DNA of 64,000 nucleotides from contig DASCPX010000107.1 in NCBI GenBank assembly GCA_036012755.1, positions 1 to 64,000 on the forward strand, given 5' to 3'. Shown here in pieces: positions 22,035 through 31,818 of the stretch. Position numbers and translations under genes: made by a program. Numbering within the stretch: the stretch's first letter is position 1; the number at the start of each line of letters is the position of its first letter. This DNA is from Myxococcota bacterium. Its GTDB lineage: Bacteria; Myxococcota_A; UBA796; CAJQPC01. Under the pieces are notes generated by a model. That model did no database searches, was not told where the DNA came from, and saw nothing but the letters and a program-made list of their open reading frames with translations.

Positions 22035-23554
22035 GCAGGGCGACATGGGCGCTCGCCTGGGTGCTTCTGCTCGCGGCCACGGTCGTGAGCTACCGCTTCG
22101 TCTTCGACCTCGGCTTCACCGACACGGACGCCTGGGCGGACTACCGCGCCGCCGGCCAGAGCTGGGCCCACCAGCTGACGATGCCGCTCACCGATGGTGT
22201 GGGCGGCGCCAACGCCAACTTCTTCCGGCCGACGGCCAACCTCCACTTCAAGCTCCTTCGCACCCTCTTCGGTGACTGGGCTCTTGGCTGGCAGGCCTGG
22301 GATCTGGGACTCCACCTCGCCTGCGTCGTGCTGCTCGGGCTGGTGGTGCGGGCGGCCGGAGGCGGCCCTCGCACTGCCTTGTTGGCGGGCGGGCTCGCGG
22401 CGCTCCACCCCCTGGGCGTGGAGGTGGTCCCCGCGGTCGCTCGGAACATCGACCTGCTGCTGTCGCTGTTGGTGCTCGGCTCCGCCCTCGCGCTGCTCCG
22501 CGGGCGCTGGGTGGTGGCAGCACTCCTGGGCCTGCTCGCCCTCGGGTGCAAGGAGACGGCCGTCGCCCTGATGCCCCTTGCGCTGCTCTTCGCCTGGCGG
22601 CGGGGGGGGCGGGACGGGGCACTTCGGCTTGGCGTGCCCTGGCTGATCGGGGGTGTGGCCTTCCTCGCGCTGCGGTCATTCGTGCTGTCCGGACTCGGTG
22701 GCTACGATCCTCAGCCCATCGATCCCGTGGGCCTGGAGCGGGTCCTGCGAACGGCGGTCCTCGAGCACGCGGCGCCCGGCTGGGCCGCGCCACTGGCGGG
22801 CTGGAGCTGGCCGGCGCAGCTGGCGCTGGGAGTCCTCGCCAGCATCTTTGTGCTGTACGGAATCCACCGCGTGCGCCGGATGGGAACAGGGCTCACCGGC
22901 GCGGCGCTCTTCCTTGCACCGCTGTTGCTCTACGGGCTCGTCGGGCTCTACAACCGGCGGCTGTTGTACCTCACGACCCTCGGGTGGTCCGTGCTGCTGG
23001 CCACCTGGATCGTCCGTGACCGCCACATGCGCTTGCCGGCCCTGCTCGGTGTCGCCTTTCTCCTGCCGCACACCCCGCTCTGGCACCAGGACGAGGACTG
23101 GGCGCGCAACGACGCCGTCACCCGCTCGATGGAGGCGAACCGGGAGGAGCTGGCCGCCCTGCCAGCTGGCACGGTCGTGTGGGTGCTCGATCGCTGCCTG
23201 CGCGTCCACACGGATCCCGTGCGCCAGAAGTGGTGGGGTGACACGAGCCAGAACAACTGCGTGGGCTTCTACAGCCTGCAGGCCTGGGTCGACGAGTTCC
23301 ACGACCTGCAGTTGATGCGGCTGTCGTTGGTCCAGCCGACATCTCCGATGCTCGCTGCCGAGGTGGAGGTCGACGACGAGGGCTTCACCGTCACCCGAGA
23401 CGCGGGCAAGCGGAGCGTCTACAAGGCCGCGCGAGAAGCCGGGTGGGAGATCGACGAGGGCGGGGATAGCTGGCACTTCAGCCTGCCGGAACACGACGGT
23501 GAGTTCGTCATCGTGCTCGGCGGAGCCAAGGCCCAGCTGCTCCCCATCCCTTGA
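22031..23554 (+). CDS. Polytopic membrane protein, probable GT-C (TMTC/ArnT-like) glycosyltransferase
   Basis: About 10 TM segments; DTD in first loop, [18 protein letters not shown] motifs; soluble C-terminal domain. Confidence 0.55.
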   Translation: MSRATWALAWVLLLAATVVSYRFVFDLGFTDTDAWADYRAAGQSWAHQLTMPLTDGVGGANANFFRPTANLHFKLLRTLFGDWALGWQAWDLGLHLACVVLLGLVVRAAGGGPRTALLAGGLAALHPLGVEVVPAVARNIDLLLSLLVLGSALALLRGRWVVAALLGLLALGCKETAVALMPLALLFAWRRGGRDGALRLGVPWLIGGVAFLALRSFVLSGLGGYDPQPIDPVGLERVLRTAVLEHAAPGWAAPLAGWSWPAQLALGVLASIFVLYGIHRVRRMGTGLTGAALFLAPLLLYGLVGLYNRRLLYLTTLGWSVLLATWIVRDRHMRLPALLGVAFLLPHTPLWHQDEDWARNDAVTRSMEANREELAALPAGTVVWVLDRCLRVHTDPVRQKWWGDTSQNNCVGFYSLQAWVDEFHDLQLMRLSLVQPTSPMLAAEVEVDDEGFTVTRDAGKRSVYKAAREAGWEIDEGGDSWHFSLPEHDGEFVIVLGGAKAQLLPIP

Positions 23555-25206
23555 AGCGCACCCTCGCCATCGTCGTTGCAACGCTCGCGCTCGGCGGGAT
23601 CGGGGTCGCTACGCAGCTGGAGGAGGGCCCCTCCTACGAGCCCTGGATCGACCCGCTCCCGGAGTACGCGGTGGGAGTGGGGTTCTGGGCCTTTCGGGAC
23701 ACGGAGGGTGGCTACGCGGTGCCCTGGTGGCCCGACCTCTGGCTGGGTTGGCAGGGACCGCAGGGTGACGGCCCGCTGCTCATCGACAGGCGCCATGCGA
23801 CCAAGCAGCTCGAGACCCACGACCTGCCGCTCGGCGCCTACGGCTACGACGACATGCACGGTCTCTACCGGGCATTCGAGCCCGCACGAGCAGCGGGTGT
23901 GCGGCTTCAGCCGGTCTGGGATCCCTGGACTCCTGGCGCCCTCGGCGGCGCCTCGGCGGTCTTCATCAACCTCGTCAGCGGAGACAACCCGGGCTTTCGG
24001 CACAGCGAGGTGCTCGCGCTCGAGTCCTTCGTCCGCCATGGCGGAGGGCTGGTCATCATCGTCGACCATACGAACTGCTACTTCCACGCCGAGATGCTCC
24101 AAGAGCTGAGCGAGGCGCTGGGCTTCGAGATCGGGCCCTACACCGCGGCCGACAGGGCGAAGGGAAACCGCCTGTCACCCCGATCGGTGGCCTGGATCCG
24201 CGTTCGACCGACCGCGGTCGACCACCCGGTGACAGAGGGTGTCCGCATGCTCGGCTGGATGAACGGCGGCGTCGTCGAGCCGACCGAGGGCTCCAAGCTG
24301 CAGGGCCTGATGCAGAACTCGGCCGAGGGCGGGTGGGCCGACCGCATGTTGCCCTACAAGAAAGCGGAGTCTGCCGGGTTCACGGGGAACTTGAGCTTCG
24401 ACGACGACGAGCTCGCCGGGCCGCACTCTGTCGTCCTCGCGGGCCGCCACGGACAGGGGAGGGTGGTTGTGCTCGCCGACCAGAACGCCTGGGGGGCGAC
24501 CCTCGTCGGCTACGAGGACAACGCCAGGCTCTTCGCCAACGCAATCGGCTGGGCTGTGGGCCAGGACGTCGACATCGACATGCGAGGGCCGGACAGCGTC
24601 ACCACGATCGGGGGCAATCGCAGCCTCTGCACCTCCGCGGCCGACCACGCCTTCCGCACCTTCCAGGTTCAGTCCCAGCGAATCGGCGAGCACCTCGCCG
24701 TACCCGAGTTCTGCACCGCCGAGGCCGAGGTCGACAGCGAAGGCCTCGTCCTGCTGCCGGAGGCCCGCCGTGAGGACCTCGAGGGCCTGCTGTCTCGCGA
24801 GCGCGTCCTCGCCGTCGTCGATCCCAGGTTCGCGGGCAGCCGCCGGCTGCTCGAAGCCCTCGACCTCTCCTGGGGTGAGGCGGGTGACGAGGTCATGGGC
24901 CTGTCCTGGAGGATCGAGCGGCCGACCTTCGACACCCGCCTGTTTTTGGACGTGTCCGAGCTGGAGCCCCTCTCGGTCGCGCCGATCGCGGTCGAGGGCG
25001 ACTACGAGGTGCTCGCAGAGGACACCTCCGGGCGTCCGATCGTGATCCGGAAGGGCAACGTCACGCTGCTCTTGGACGCGAGCCTGCTCCACAACGCCCA
25101 GCTGGGCGGAGAGCGTGAGAAGCCCTGGCTGACGGACGACCCGGGCGTCGCCGCCGCCCACCGGCTGGCCTTCGAGCTCCTGGCCGGCGTCTATCCAGCG
25201 CCCTGA
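23551..25206 (+). CDS. Exported protein with DUF4350/GIFT (class I GATase-like fold) domain
   Basis: Signal/anchor MKRTLAIVV...; E-x2-ALESFVRHGGGLVII-x-DH, HPVTEGV, GQGRVVVLAD, DNARLFANAIGW. Confidence 0.55.
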   Translation: MKRTLAIVVATLALGGIGVATQLEEGPSYEPWIDPLPEYAVGVGFWAFRDTEGGYAVPWWPDLWLGWQGPQGDGPLLIDRRHATKQLETHDLPLGAYGYDDMHGLYRAFEPARAAGVRLQPVWDPWTPGALGGASAVFINLVSGDNPGFRHSEVLALESFVRHGGGLVIIVDHTNCYFHAEMLQELSEALGFEIGPYTAADRAKGNRLSPRSVAWIRVRPTAVDHPVTEGVRMLGWMNGGVVEPTEGSKLQGLMQNSAEGGWADRMLPYKKAESAGFTGNLSFDDDELAGPHSVVLAGRHGQGRVVVLADQNAWGATLVGYEDNARLFANAIGWAVGQDVDIDMRGPDSVTTIGGNRSLCTSAADHAFRTFQVQSQRIGEHLAVPEFCTAEAEVDSEGLVLLPEARREDLEGLLSRERVLAVVDPRFAGSRRLLEALDLSWGEAGDEVMGLSWRIERPTFDTRLFLDVSELEPLSVAPIAVEGDYEVLAEDTSGRPIVIRKGNVTLLLDASLLHNAQLGGEREKPWLTDDPGVAAAHRLAFELLAGVYPAP

Positions 25207-25272
25207 CGAGGCCCTGACACGAGCGAGCGGTCGGGGTGTTTGATTCTGCCAACACCACTGTCCGGAGTTGCC

Positions 25273-26304
25273 GTGTTCGAGCTCTTGATCGCTACCGCGC
25301 TGTCAGCCGACCCCAAGATCATCAACGGCGCGGACGCCGGCCTCGATGACTACCCGATGACGGGTGGGATGCTCATGGACGCCGAAGCGGACATGGGCAG
25401 CTGGGGGTCCTACGACTTCCGCATGTTGGTCTGCAGCTCCACGCTCATCGCGCCGGACGCCGTGCTGCTCGCGGCCCACTGCGTCGACCCGGACTCCTTC
25501 ACCTACGGCCAGGGCGACCTCTCCGACGTGGACATCCGCTGGACCCGCGAGGTCGACCTCACCGACTTCGACGGCTCCCGACGCAACCCGGAGTGGCCAG
25601 AGGACGCCGTCGGCGCCTGGGACTGGGTCGCCCACCCGGACTTCGACCTCTTCGGCATGGAGGTCGGGATCGCCGACAACGCCGATGTGGCCTTGCTCTT
25701 CCTGGATGCGCCGATCACAGACGTCGAGCACGCCTACCTGCCCTCGGCGGACGAAGCCGGACAGCTCGCCGAGGGTGCCGACGTCGACGTCGTCGGCTGG
25801 GGGCAGCAGGTCGCTACCGATGGCTACTCGGAGCCCCCGGCGGGCACCTACGCCATCAAGCAGGTCGGCACGAGCTGGATCGCCGAGCTGGGCGACAACG
25901 AGATGAAGATCGGCGAGCTGGAGGACGACGTGCGCAAGTGCCACGGGGACTCGGGTGGCCCGAGCTTCATGGAGGTCACGGCGGACACAGAGGTGTCGAC
26001 CCGCCTCGTCGGCGTCACCTCCCACGCCTACGACCGCAGCGACTGCGAGGAGACCGGGGGCGTGGACACGCGCGTCGACGCCTACCTCGACTGGATCGAC
26101 GGGGAGCTCAGGGCACGCTGCGAGGACGGCACGCGCTCCTGGTGCGAGGAGCCCGGCATCGTCGCTGCTCCGGTCCCGGTCGTCGAGGACCCCGTCGCCC
26201 AGGGCGAGGAGGTCCGCCGCTTCGGCGCCTGCTCGACCGGAGGCCTCGCTCCCACCGCCCTCTACGCACTGCTCGGGCTCATGGCGCTGCGCCGCCGGGG
26301 CTAG
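25273..26304 (+). CDS. Trypsin-like (S1) serine protease with MYXO-CTERM-like tail
   Basis: IING N-terminus, CSSTLI, LAAHC, DVALL, CHGDSGGP; tail GACSTGG-hydrophobic-RRRG. Confidence 0.9.
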   Translation: MFELLIATALSADPKIINGADAGLDDYPMTGGMLMDAEADMGSWGSYDFRMLVCSSTLIAPDAVLLAAHCVDPDSFTYGQGDLSDVDIRWTREVDLTDFDGSRRNPEWPEDAVGAWDWVAHPDFDLFGMEVGIADNADVALLFLDAPITDVEHAYLPSADEAGQLAEGADVDVVGWGQQVATDGYSEPPAGTYAIKQVGTSWIAELGDNEMKIGELEDDVRKCHGDSGGPSFMEVTADTEVSTRLVGVTSHAYDRSDCEETGGVDTRVDAYLDWIDGELRARCEDGTRSWCEEPGIVAAPVPVVEDPVAQGEEVRRFGACSTGGLAPTALYALLGLMALRRRG

Positions 26305-28715
26305 AAGGGCAAGAGCCGCCTGCGCCTTCTACGCTTCTTGTCCACGAGGTCGTCGACCTTCTCCTCGTCGGCGAGGTCGATCCGCCAGGGGAGGAGCTCC
26401 AGCAGGTCGCTCACCAGCGGCGGTGCGCAGCCGTTTGCGGGCTCGGTGCCCCGGGTGTAGAGCTCCAGCGCGCACTCCTGGCACTCCCAGTCCTCGAATC
26501 CGCCCACGCAGGACTCCGCCTCGACGACCTCGTCGCTGACGGGGAAGTCGCCGTCGCTGGTGCCGCTGCCGTCGACGAAGCGGGCCCAGGTTGGGATGGC
26601 TGCCGTCGCCCCCGAGAGACCCACACCGCGGCCCTGGTCGAAGCCGACCCACACGGCGACCGAGAGCTCCGGGGTGAAGCCCACGAACCAGGCGTCGCGG
26701 GTGCCATCGGTGGTGCCGGTCTTTCCGGCGACTGCGCCGGTTGCGCCAAAGGTCGTCGCGCGGGTGCCGGTGCCGGAGTCGATGACGGTCTCCAGGACAG
26801 AGGTCGCCAGCGTCGTCGCCCGGGCGGAGGCCTGGCGGATCACGATGGGCTCGTCGTTGATCAACAGCGAGCCCTCCTCGTCGAGCACGGCGCGGACGAG
26901 CCGCGGCTCGGCGTACCTCCCCTGGCCCGGGAAGACGGTGTAGGCGCCGGCGAGCTCTGCGGGGGCTGCATCGAAGGCTCCCAGGGACGCCGAGGGGAGG
27001 GTCGTCGTCCCGCTCAAGCCGAGGTGCTCGTAGAAGCGCGCGAGGTCCGCCCACCCGACCTGCTCGGCCAGCAGCACCGCGGGGATGTTCCGGCTCTCGG
27101 CGATGGCCCGCCGGAGCGTGATCTCGCCGACGAACTCCCCGTCGTAGTTGGTCGGAGCCCACGTGGTCCCGTCGAGGGTCTTCTCGTAGGGTTCGTCGAG
27201 CAGGACGGAGGCTGGTGAGAGCGTGCGGTCCTCTTCGAAAGCGGCGAGCATGGTCAGCGGCTTCACCGTGGATCCGGGCTGGCGGCGCGCTCGCAGCGCT
27301 CGGTTGTATTGGCTCTGGGCGTAGTCCCGGCCGCCCACCATCGCGACGATGGCGCCGTCCTCGACGCGCACGGCCACCAGGGCGACCTGGGCTCCGGCTG
27401 CGTCGGGGAAGGCAGCGTCGAGCTTGGCCATCGAAAGGGCGACCATGCGCTCCGCGTGGCGCTGGAGCGGCGGGTTGATCTCCGTGTAGATGTCGAGACT
27501 GCGCTCGGCGACGACGCCCTGGCCGAGGGCTGCCTCGACGTGGTCGACCGCGGCGTCGACGACGAAGGGTGCCTTGCGCCCGGTGGGGCCGGCGTGGACC
27601 CCGAGCGGCTCCGCGGCTGCCGCCTCTGCCGCCTCTGAGTCCAGGAAACCCTCCAGCACCATGCGCTTCAGGGCCAGATCCCGGCGAGCACGAGCCTGCT
27701 CGGGGTGGCGCAGGGGGCTGTAGGAGTTCGGCGAGCTGATGATGCCCGCCAGCGTCGCGGACTCGCTGAGGGTCAGCCTCTCGACGGGCTTGCCGAAGGT
27801 GACGCGAGCGGCCTCGTCCGCGCCGCAGATGGCGACGCCGCCGACCTGCCCCCAGTAGATCTCGTTGAGGTACAGCGCGAGGATCTCGTCCTTGGTGAGC
27901 TCTCGCTCCAGGGCGAAGGCCAGCAGGAGCTCCTGGCTCTTGCGGGAGAGCGTGCGCTCCTGGGACAAGAAGAGGTTCTTGGCGAGCTGCTGGGTGAGCG
28001 TGCTGCCGCCCTGCACGGTCTCGCCCTCGATGGCGTTCACCAGGAGGGCTCGCACGATGCCGAAGGGCGAGATGCCCTGGTGCTCGTAGAAGTGGGCGTC
28101 CTCCATGGCGAGCACGGCGTCTCGAAGGTGCTCGGGGAAGTCCTCGAGCTCGCGTGGCCGGCGGGTCTCGTTGTCCGCGCCGCGGATGCTGGCCAGCTCT
28201 GTGGGAGGGAAGCGCACCGGGTCCGTCGGCGAGGTGCTCGCGACCCGTCCCGAGCGGAAGGTGACCAGCACTTCGCCTTCGCGGATCGTCCAGCCCCTGC
28301 CTTCGGTTGCGCGGTTCCAGACCATCACCGCGTCGTCGTTGACGACGAAGTCTCCGGGGCCCTCCAGGCGCGAGGTTCGCGCCAAGCCGGCTCCAGACAG
28401 GTCCGTCGCGAGCTCCTCCGGGCTCAGGGCGAGACCCGGCCAGACCTCTACCGGCCCCGACCACACGCGCCCCGGAAGCGTCCAGACGCCCTGTTCGATG
28501 CGCGTCTCCACCTGGGACACGGCGTCGCGGTAGAGCGCGAGACCGACGAAGGACGAGCCCGCGACGAAGGCCAGCGTGCCGGCGATGCCGAGGCGCTTGA
28601 GGACACGCACAGCCCTCGGAAGGAAGGCTCCGGAAGGCCGCTTGCCCTTCGTCTTCTTCCTGGGCTTCCGCGCCTTTGGCTTGGAACCCTTGGTTGGTTT
28701 CTTTCGAGGACTCAT
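26301..28715 (-). CDS. mrcB: Class A penicillin-binding protein (PBP1B-like)
   Basis: Basic N-terminus, TM, UB2H-like region, EDAHFYEH, GGSTLTQQL, transpeptidase STVK, SRN, KTGT. Confidence 0.9.
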   Translation of the reverse strand: MSPRKKPTKGSKPKARKPRKKTKGKRPSGAFLPRAVRVLKRLGIAGTLAFVAGSSFVGLALYRDAVSQVETRIEQGVWTLPGRVWSGPVEVWPGLALSPEELATDLSGAGLARTSRLEGPGDFVVNDDAVMVWNRATEGRGWTIREGEVLVTFRSGRVASTSPTDPVRFPPTELASIRGADNETRRPRELEDFPEHLRDAVLAMEDAHFYEHQGISPFGIVRALLVNAIEGETVQGGSTLTQQLAKNLFLSQERTLSRKSQELLLAFALERELTKDEILALYLNEIYWGQVGGVAICGADEAARVTFGKPVERLTLSESATLAGIISSPNSYSPLRHPEQARARRDLALKRMVLEGFLDSEAAEAAAAEPLGVHAGPTGRKAPFVVDAAVDHVEAALGQGVVAERSLDIYTEINPPLQRHAERMVALSMAKLDAAFPDAAGAQVALVAVRVEDGAIVAMVGGRDYAQSQYNRALRARRQPGSTVKPLTMLAAFEEDRTLSPASVLLDEPYEKTLDGTTWAPTNYDGEFVGEITLRRAIAESRNIPAVLLAEQVGWADLARFYEHLGLSGTTTLPSASLGAFDAAPAELAGAYTVFPGQGRYAEPRLVRAVLDEEGSLLINDEPIVIRQASARATTLATSVLETVIDSGTGTRATTFGATGAVAGKTGTTDGTRDAWFVGFTPELSVAVWVGFDQGRGVGLSGATAAIPTWARFVDGSGTSDGDFPVSDEVVEAESCVGGFEDWECQECALELYTRGTEPANGCAPPLVSDLLELLPWRIDLADEEKVDDLVDKKRRRRRRLLPF

Positions 28716-28725
28716 TGACGGGTCA

Positions 28726-28734
28726 AGTTTAGCA
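28726..28734 (-). promoter_or_regulatory. Putative extended -10 (TGCTAAACT) for the PBP1B gene; overlaps a TAGCAT hexamer on the + strand
   Basis: TGnTAnnnT in a 36-bp AT-richer divergent gap, 10 nt before ATG. Confidence 0.5.
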
Positions 28735-28751
28735 TCGGTTAAGCCGGCGCG

Positions 28752-29498
28752 ATGCTGGATCCGGAGCTCATCTCAGAGACGCTGGAGGCACTGTCCGACA
28801 AGGACACCGCGCGACGTCGCGGCAAGCACCTCAAGCCCTTTCGCGGCCTCAGAGGCACTCCGGTGACGGAGATCGCGCAGGTCACCGGGACCTGCTGGAA
28901 GGAGTCACGGCCCCGGCTCCCCGACCACGAGGCGGAGCTCCACGCCCTCTTCTGCACCGCTTTCGAAGACGGTCTCGTGGCCATCGGACTCCTCGCGGGG
29001 GTAGCACCCGACTCGCCATACGGAGCGCTGGACCTCGTCGACCGCTGGCTCCCGCTGGTGGATGATCTCGAGACCGCCGACGCGCTGGGCTGGTTGGTCC
29101 TCGGGCCCTCACTCCTGGCTTCGGGAGAGCCGCTCTCCGCGTCGCTGCTGGAGCACCGGGGGGGCCGCGCGCTGTCACGCCGGGTCGCCGTCGTCGCCGC
29201 CCTGGCCGCCCTCCCGGTTCCGGTGACCGGACCCTCGGCCGCGGCCCTTCGCGTGCGCCTCGGACAGCGGCAGGTCGTCTTCGTCGAGGAGCCTCGCGGT
29301 GTCGAGGTCGCAGGGGTCCTCGCCGGCTACGTCCGCGACGACGACCCCCACGTGCGCAAGGCCGTCGCCCGTGTCGGTCGCCTCCTCGGCGAGGTCGCCC
29401 CGGATGCCCTCGAGCCGCTCCTCGACCTCGCCGGTGGACTGCCGAAGAAGGTGCGCGAGAGCTGGCAGAAGGGCCAAAGACGCGGTCGCCGGGTCTGA
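28752..29498 (+). CDS. DNA alkylation repair (AlkD-like HEAT repeat) family protein
   Basis: G-x-P-x2-EI, RW...DDLETADALG, RRVAVV, DDDPHVRKAV patterns. Confidence 0.55.
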   Translation: MLDPELISETLEALSDKDTARRRGKHLKPFRGLRGTPVTEIAQVTGTCWKESRPRLPDHEAELHALFCTAFEDGLVAIGLLAGVAPDSPYGALDLVDRWLPLVDDLETADALGWLVLGPSLLASGEPLSASLLEHRGGRALSRRVAVVAALAALPVPVTGPSAAALRVRLGQRQVVFVEEPRGVEVAGVLAGYVRDDDPHVRKAVARVGRLLGEVAPDALEPLLDLAGGLPKKVRESWQKGQRRGRRV

Positions 29499-29555
29499 GT
29501 CACAGGTCGCTCGGTGACCCGGGCGTTATACGGCGCGCCTGCTCAGGAGGCAGCC

Positions 29556-30047
29556 GTGTTCAGCGCAAAGAAGATCCTGGTCCCCGTCGACTTCTCCGAC
29601 GTCTCCCGCGCCGCGATCAGCGCCGCGCTGCAGATGGCCGCCGCCTCGAGCGGAGAGGTCTGGCTGCTCCACGTCGAACGCGGTCTCGAGTCCGACATGG
29701 CCGAGGCCATCCAGACCGCACCGAACGAGACCGTCATCGAGAACCAGATCCGCTTCGACGAGCACGCGCTCACAGAGGCCGCCGCGCTCGAAGCGCAGCG
29801 GTGCGCCGAGGCTGGCAAGCCGCTCCCCTTCGTACCGGTCCACGTTCGGGTCACGGGGGGCTCCTGGCTGGAGGTCGCCATCGACATGATCTCCGAGCTG
29901 CAGCTCGACCTGGTCATCACCGGCACCCACGGTCGCAAGGGGGTCGCGGGCTTCCTCATGGGCTCGGTGAGCGAGCGCCTGGCCGGCAAGGCCCCGTGCT
30001 CGGTCTTCGTCGTGAAGCCCCAGGGTTTCCCATACCTGCGTGACTGA
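29556..30047 (+). CDS. Universal stress protein (UspA family)
   Basis: KILVPVDFS, LLHV, DLVITGTHGRKG...GSVSE...APCSVFVV; AGGAGG RBS before GTG. Confidence 0.93.
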   Translation: MFSAKKILVPVDFSDVSRAAISAALQMAAASSGEVWLLHVERGLESDMAEAIQTAPNETVIENQIRFDEHALTEAAALEAQRCAEAGKPLPFVPVHVRVTGGSWLEVAIDMISELQLDLVITGTHGRKGVAGFLMGSVSERLAGKAPCSVFVVKPQGFPYLRD

Positions 30048-30828
30048 GCTCCGGGCTGGCCTCGAGGCGCTCTACGCCTCTTGTGACTTCCAGGCCCGGC
30101 TGGCCACGGACCCTGTCAGGTTTCCACGCCGCTACTCGGACCCTGGTGACATCGAGGTCGCTGGCTTCCTGGCGGCGACCTACGCCTTCGGTCGGGTAGA
30201 GCTCTTCGGGGCGGTGCTGGAGCGACTCCTGGCGTCGATGGGGCCCAGCCCCCGGGACTTCGTCGAGACCTACGATGGGGCCTCGCTGGCCAGCTTCGAG
30301 TACCGCTGGCTCAAGGCGGCGCGCCTGCAGGCGCTCATCCGCTCGATGCGCCTGGTCCTGGCGGAGCGAGGAAGCCTCGAGGCGGTCGCTGTCGAGGCCT
30401 TCGACGGCGGACTCGCCAGCTGCCTGGAGGCCCTCGGCGACGCTCTCGGACCAGAGGTCGCCAGGCCTTCCAAGGGCTCGGCGTGCAAGCGCATGTGCAT
30501 GTGGCTGCGGTGGATGGTGCGTCCCCCGACCGAGGGCATCGATCTCGGGACCTGGGACCTGCCGAGCTCGGCGCTGGTGGTGCCGCTGGACACACACGTC
30601 GCCCGCATCGCCCGCCTCGTCGGATTGACCACCCGCAAGACGGACGGCTGGCGGACCGCCCTCGACATCACGCGCGGCCTCTCCGAGCTCGACCCGGTCG
30701 ACCCGGTGCGCTTCGACTTCGCCATCGCGCACCTCGGCATCAGCGGCGCCTGCCGCGGCAGTCACGACGCCGAGCTCTGCCCGCCCTGCTCGCTCCGCGG
30801 GTCCTGCAGCGCAGGCGGATCAGCCTGA
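30040..30828 (+). CDS. TIGR02757/DUF2400 family protein (HhH-GPD-like)
   Basis: DPV-x-FP, SACKR-x2-MWLRWMVR, DLG-x-W, PLDTHV, DPVRFDFA; C-terminal 4-Cys cluster. Confidence 0.85.
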   Translation: MTELRAGLEALYASCDFQARLATDPVRFPRRYSDPGDIEVAGFLAATYAFGRVELFGAVLERLLASMGPSPRDFVETYDGASLASFEYRWLKAARLQALIRSMRLVLAERGSLEAVAVEAFDGGLASCLEALGDALGPEVARPSKGSACKRMCMWLRWMVRPPTEGIDLGTWDLPSSALVVPLDTHVARIARLVGLTTRKTDGWRTALDITRGLSELDPVDPVRFDFAIAHLGISGACRGSHDAELCPPCSLRGSCSAGGSA

Positions 30829-31818
30829 CAGCCTCAGGGCGCCGAGGACCTCGTCGATCCGCGCGAGCTCTTCGTCGGCCAAGGACAGATGCATCGCCGC
30901 CGCGTTCTCCGCGGCCTGACCCCCGTCGCGGGCCCCGACGATGGCTGCGGTCACACCCGGCCTCGAGAAGGTCCAGGCGATGCTCATCTGAGCGAGGGTC
31001 ACCCCGTGTTCCTCCGCGATGGGCTGGAGCTTCGAGAGGGCCTCTGCGACGGCGCGGCGGTTCTCGGGAGAAAAGCGGGGCAGCTCCCCCCGGCGGTCTC
31101 CTGGCGGGAAGACCCGCTCGGCGGTGACCTTGCCCGTGAGCAGCCCCTGCTCCAGCGGCGAGTAGACGATGACGGCGACCTCGTGCTCCCGGCACCAGGG
31201 CAGCACGTCGGCCTCGATCGCTCGATCCAGGGCGCTGTAGCGTGGCTGGGTAGAGGCCAGCGGCACATCTCCGAGGGCTCGCTGTGCCCGCTCGAGGAGC
31301 TCGGGGCCGAAGTTCGAGACCCCGATCGCGTCGATCTTGCCTTCCCCTTTGAGCTCCAGCAGGGCGCCCATCGTGTCCTCGACTGGGGTGGTTCCGTCGG
31401 GCCAGTGACACTGGTAGAGGTCGATGCGCTCGACGCCGAGGCGCGTCAAGCTGGCCTCGCACTCCAGCCGGATGCTCTCCGGACGCAGGTTCTTGGTCAC
31501 CTGGACGTTCCCGAGACGGGCCGCCCGGGTCTGGAAGAAGGCCTCGCCTCCAGGGACCGAGCTGTCCCAGCGCAGGCCGGCCTTCGTTGCGATCCGCACC
31601 TCGCGGCCGCGGATGGCCCTGCCGATGACATGCTCGCTGTGGCCGAAGCCGTAGATCGGAGCCGTGTCGATCCAGCCGACGCCGTGGTCGATGGAGGCTG
31701 CGATGGCCTCTGCGGCCTTGTCGTCGTCGGTGTCGCCCCAGAACCAGCCGCCGATGGCCCAGGCTCCGAAGACGACGGGGTCGACCTCGAGGCTGCAGCG
31801 ACCGAGGGGGCGTCTCAT
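30820..31818 (-). CDS. Aldo/keto reductase
   Basis: GAWAIGG, IDTAPIYGFGHSE, ATK, IDLYQCHWP, IGVSNF, YSPLEQGLLTGK. Confidence 0.93.
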   Translation of the reverse strand: MRRPLGRCSLEVDPVVFGAWAIGGWFWGDTDDDKAAEAIAASIDHGVGWIDTAPIYGFGHSEHVIGRAIRGREVRIATKAGLRWDSSVPGGEAFFQTRAARLGNVQVTKNLRPESIRLECEASLTRLGVERIDLYQCHWPDGTTPVEDTMGALLELKGEGKIDAIGVSNFGPELLERAQRALGDVPLASTQPRYSALDRAIEADVLPWCREHEVAVIVYSPLEQGLLTGKVTAERVFPPGDRRGELPRFSPENRRAVAEALSKLQPIAEEHGVTLAQMSIAWTFSRPGVTAAIVGARDGGQAAENAAAMHLSLADEELARIDEVLGALRLSG

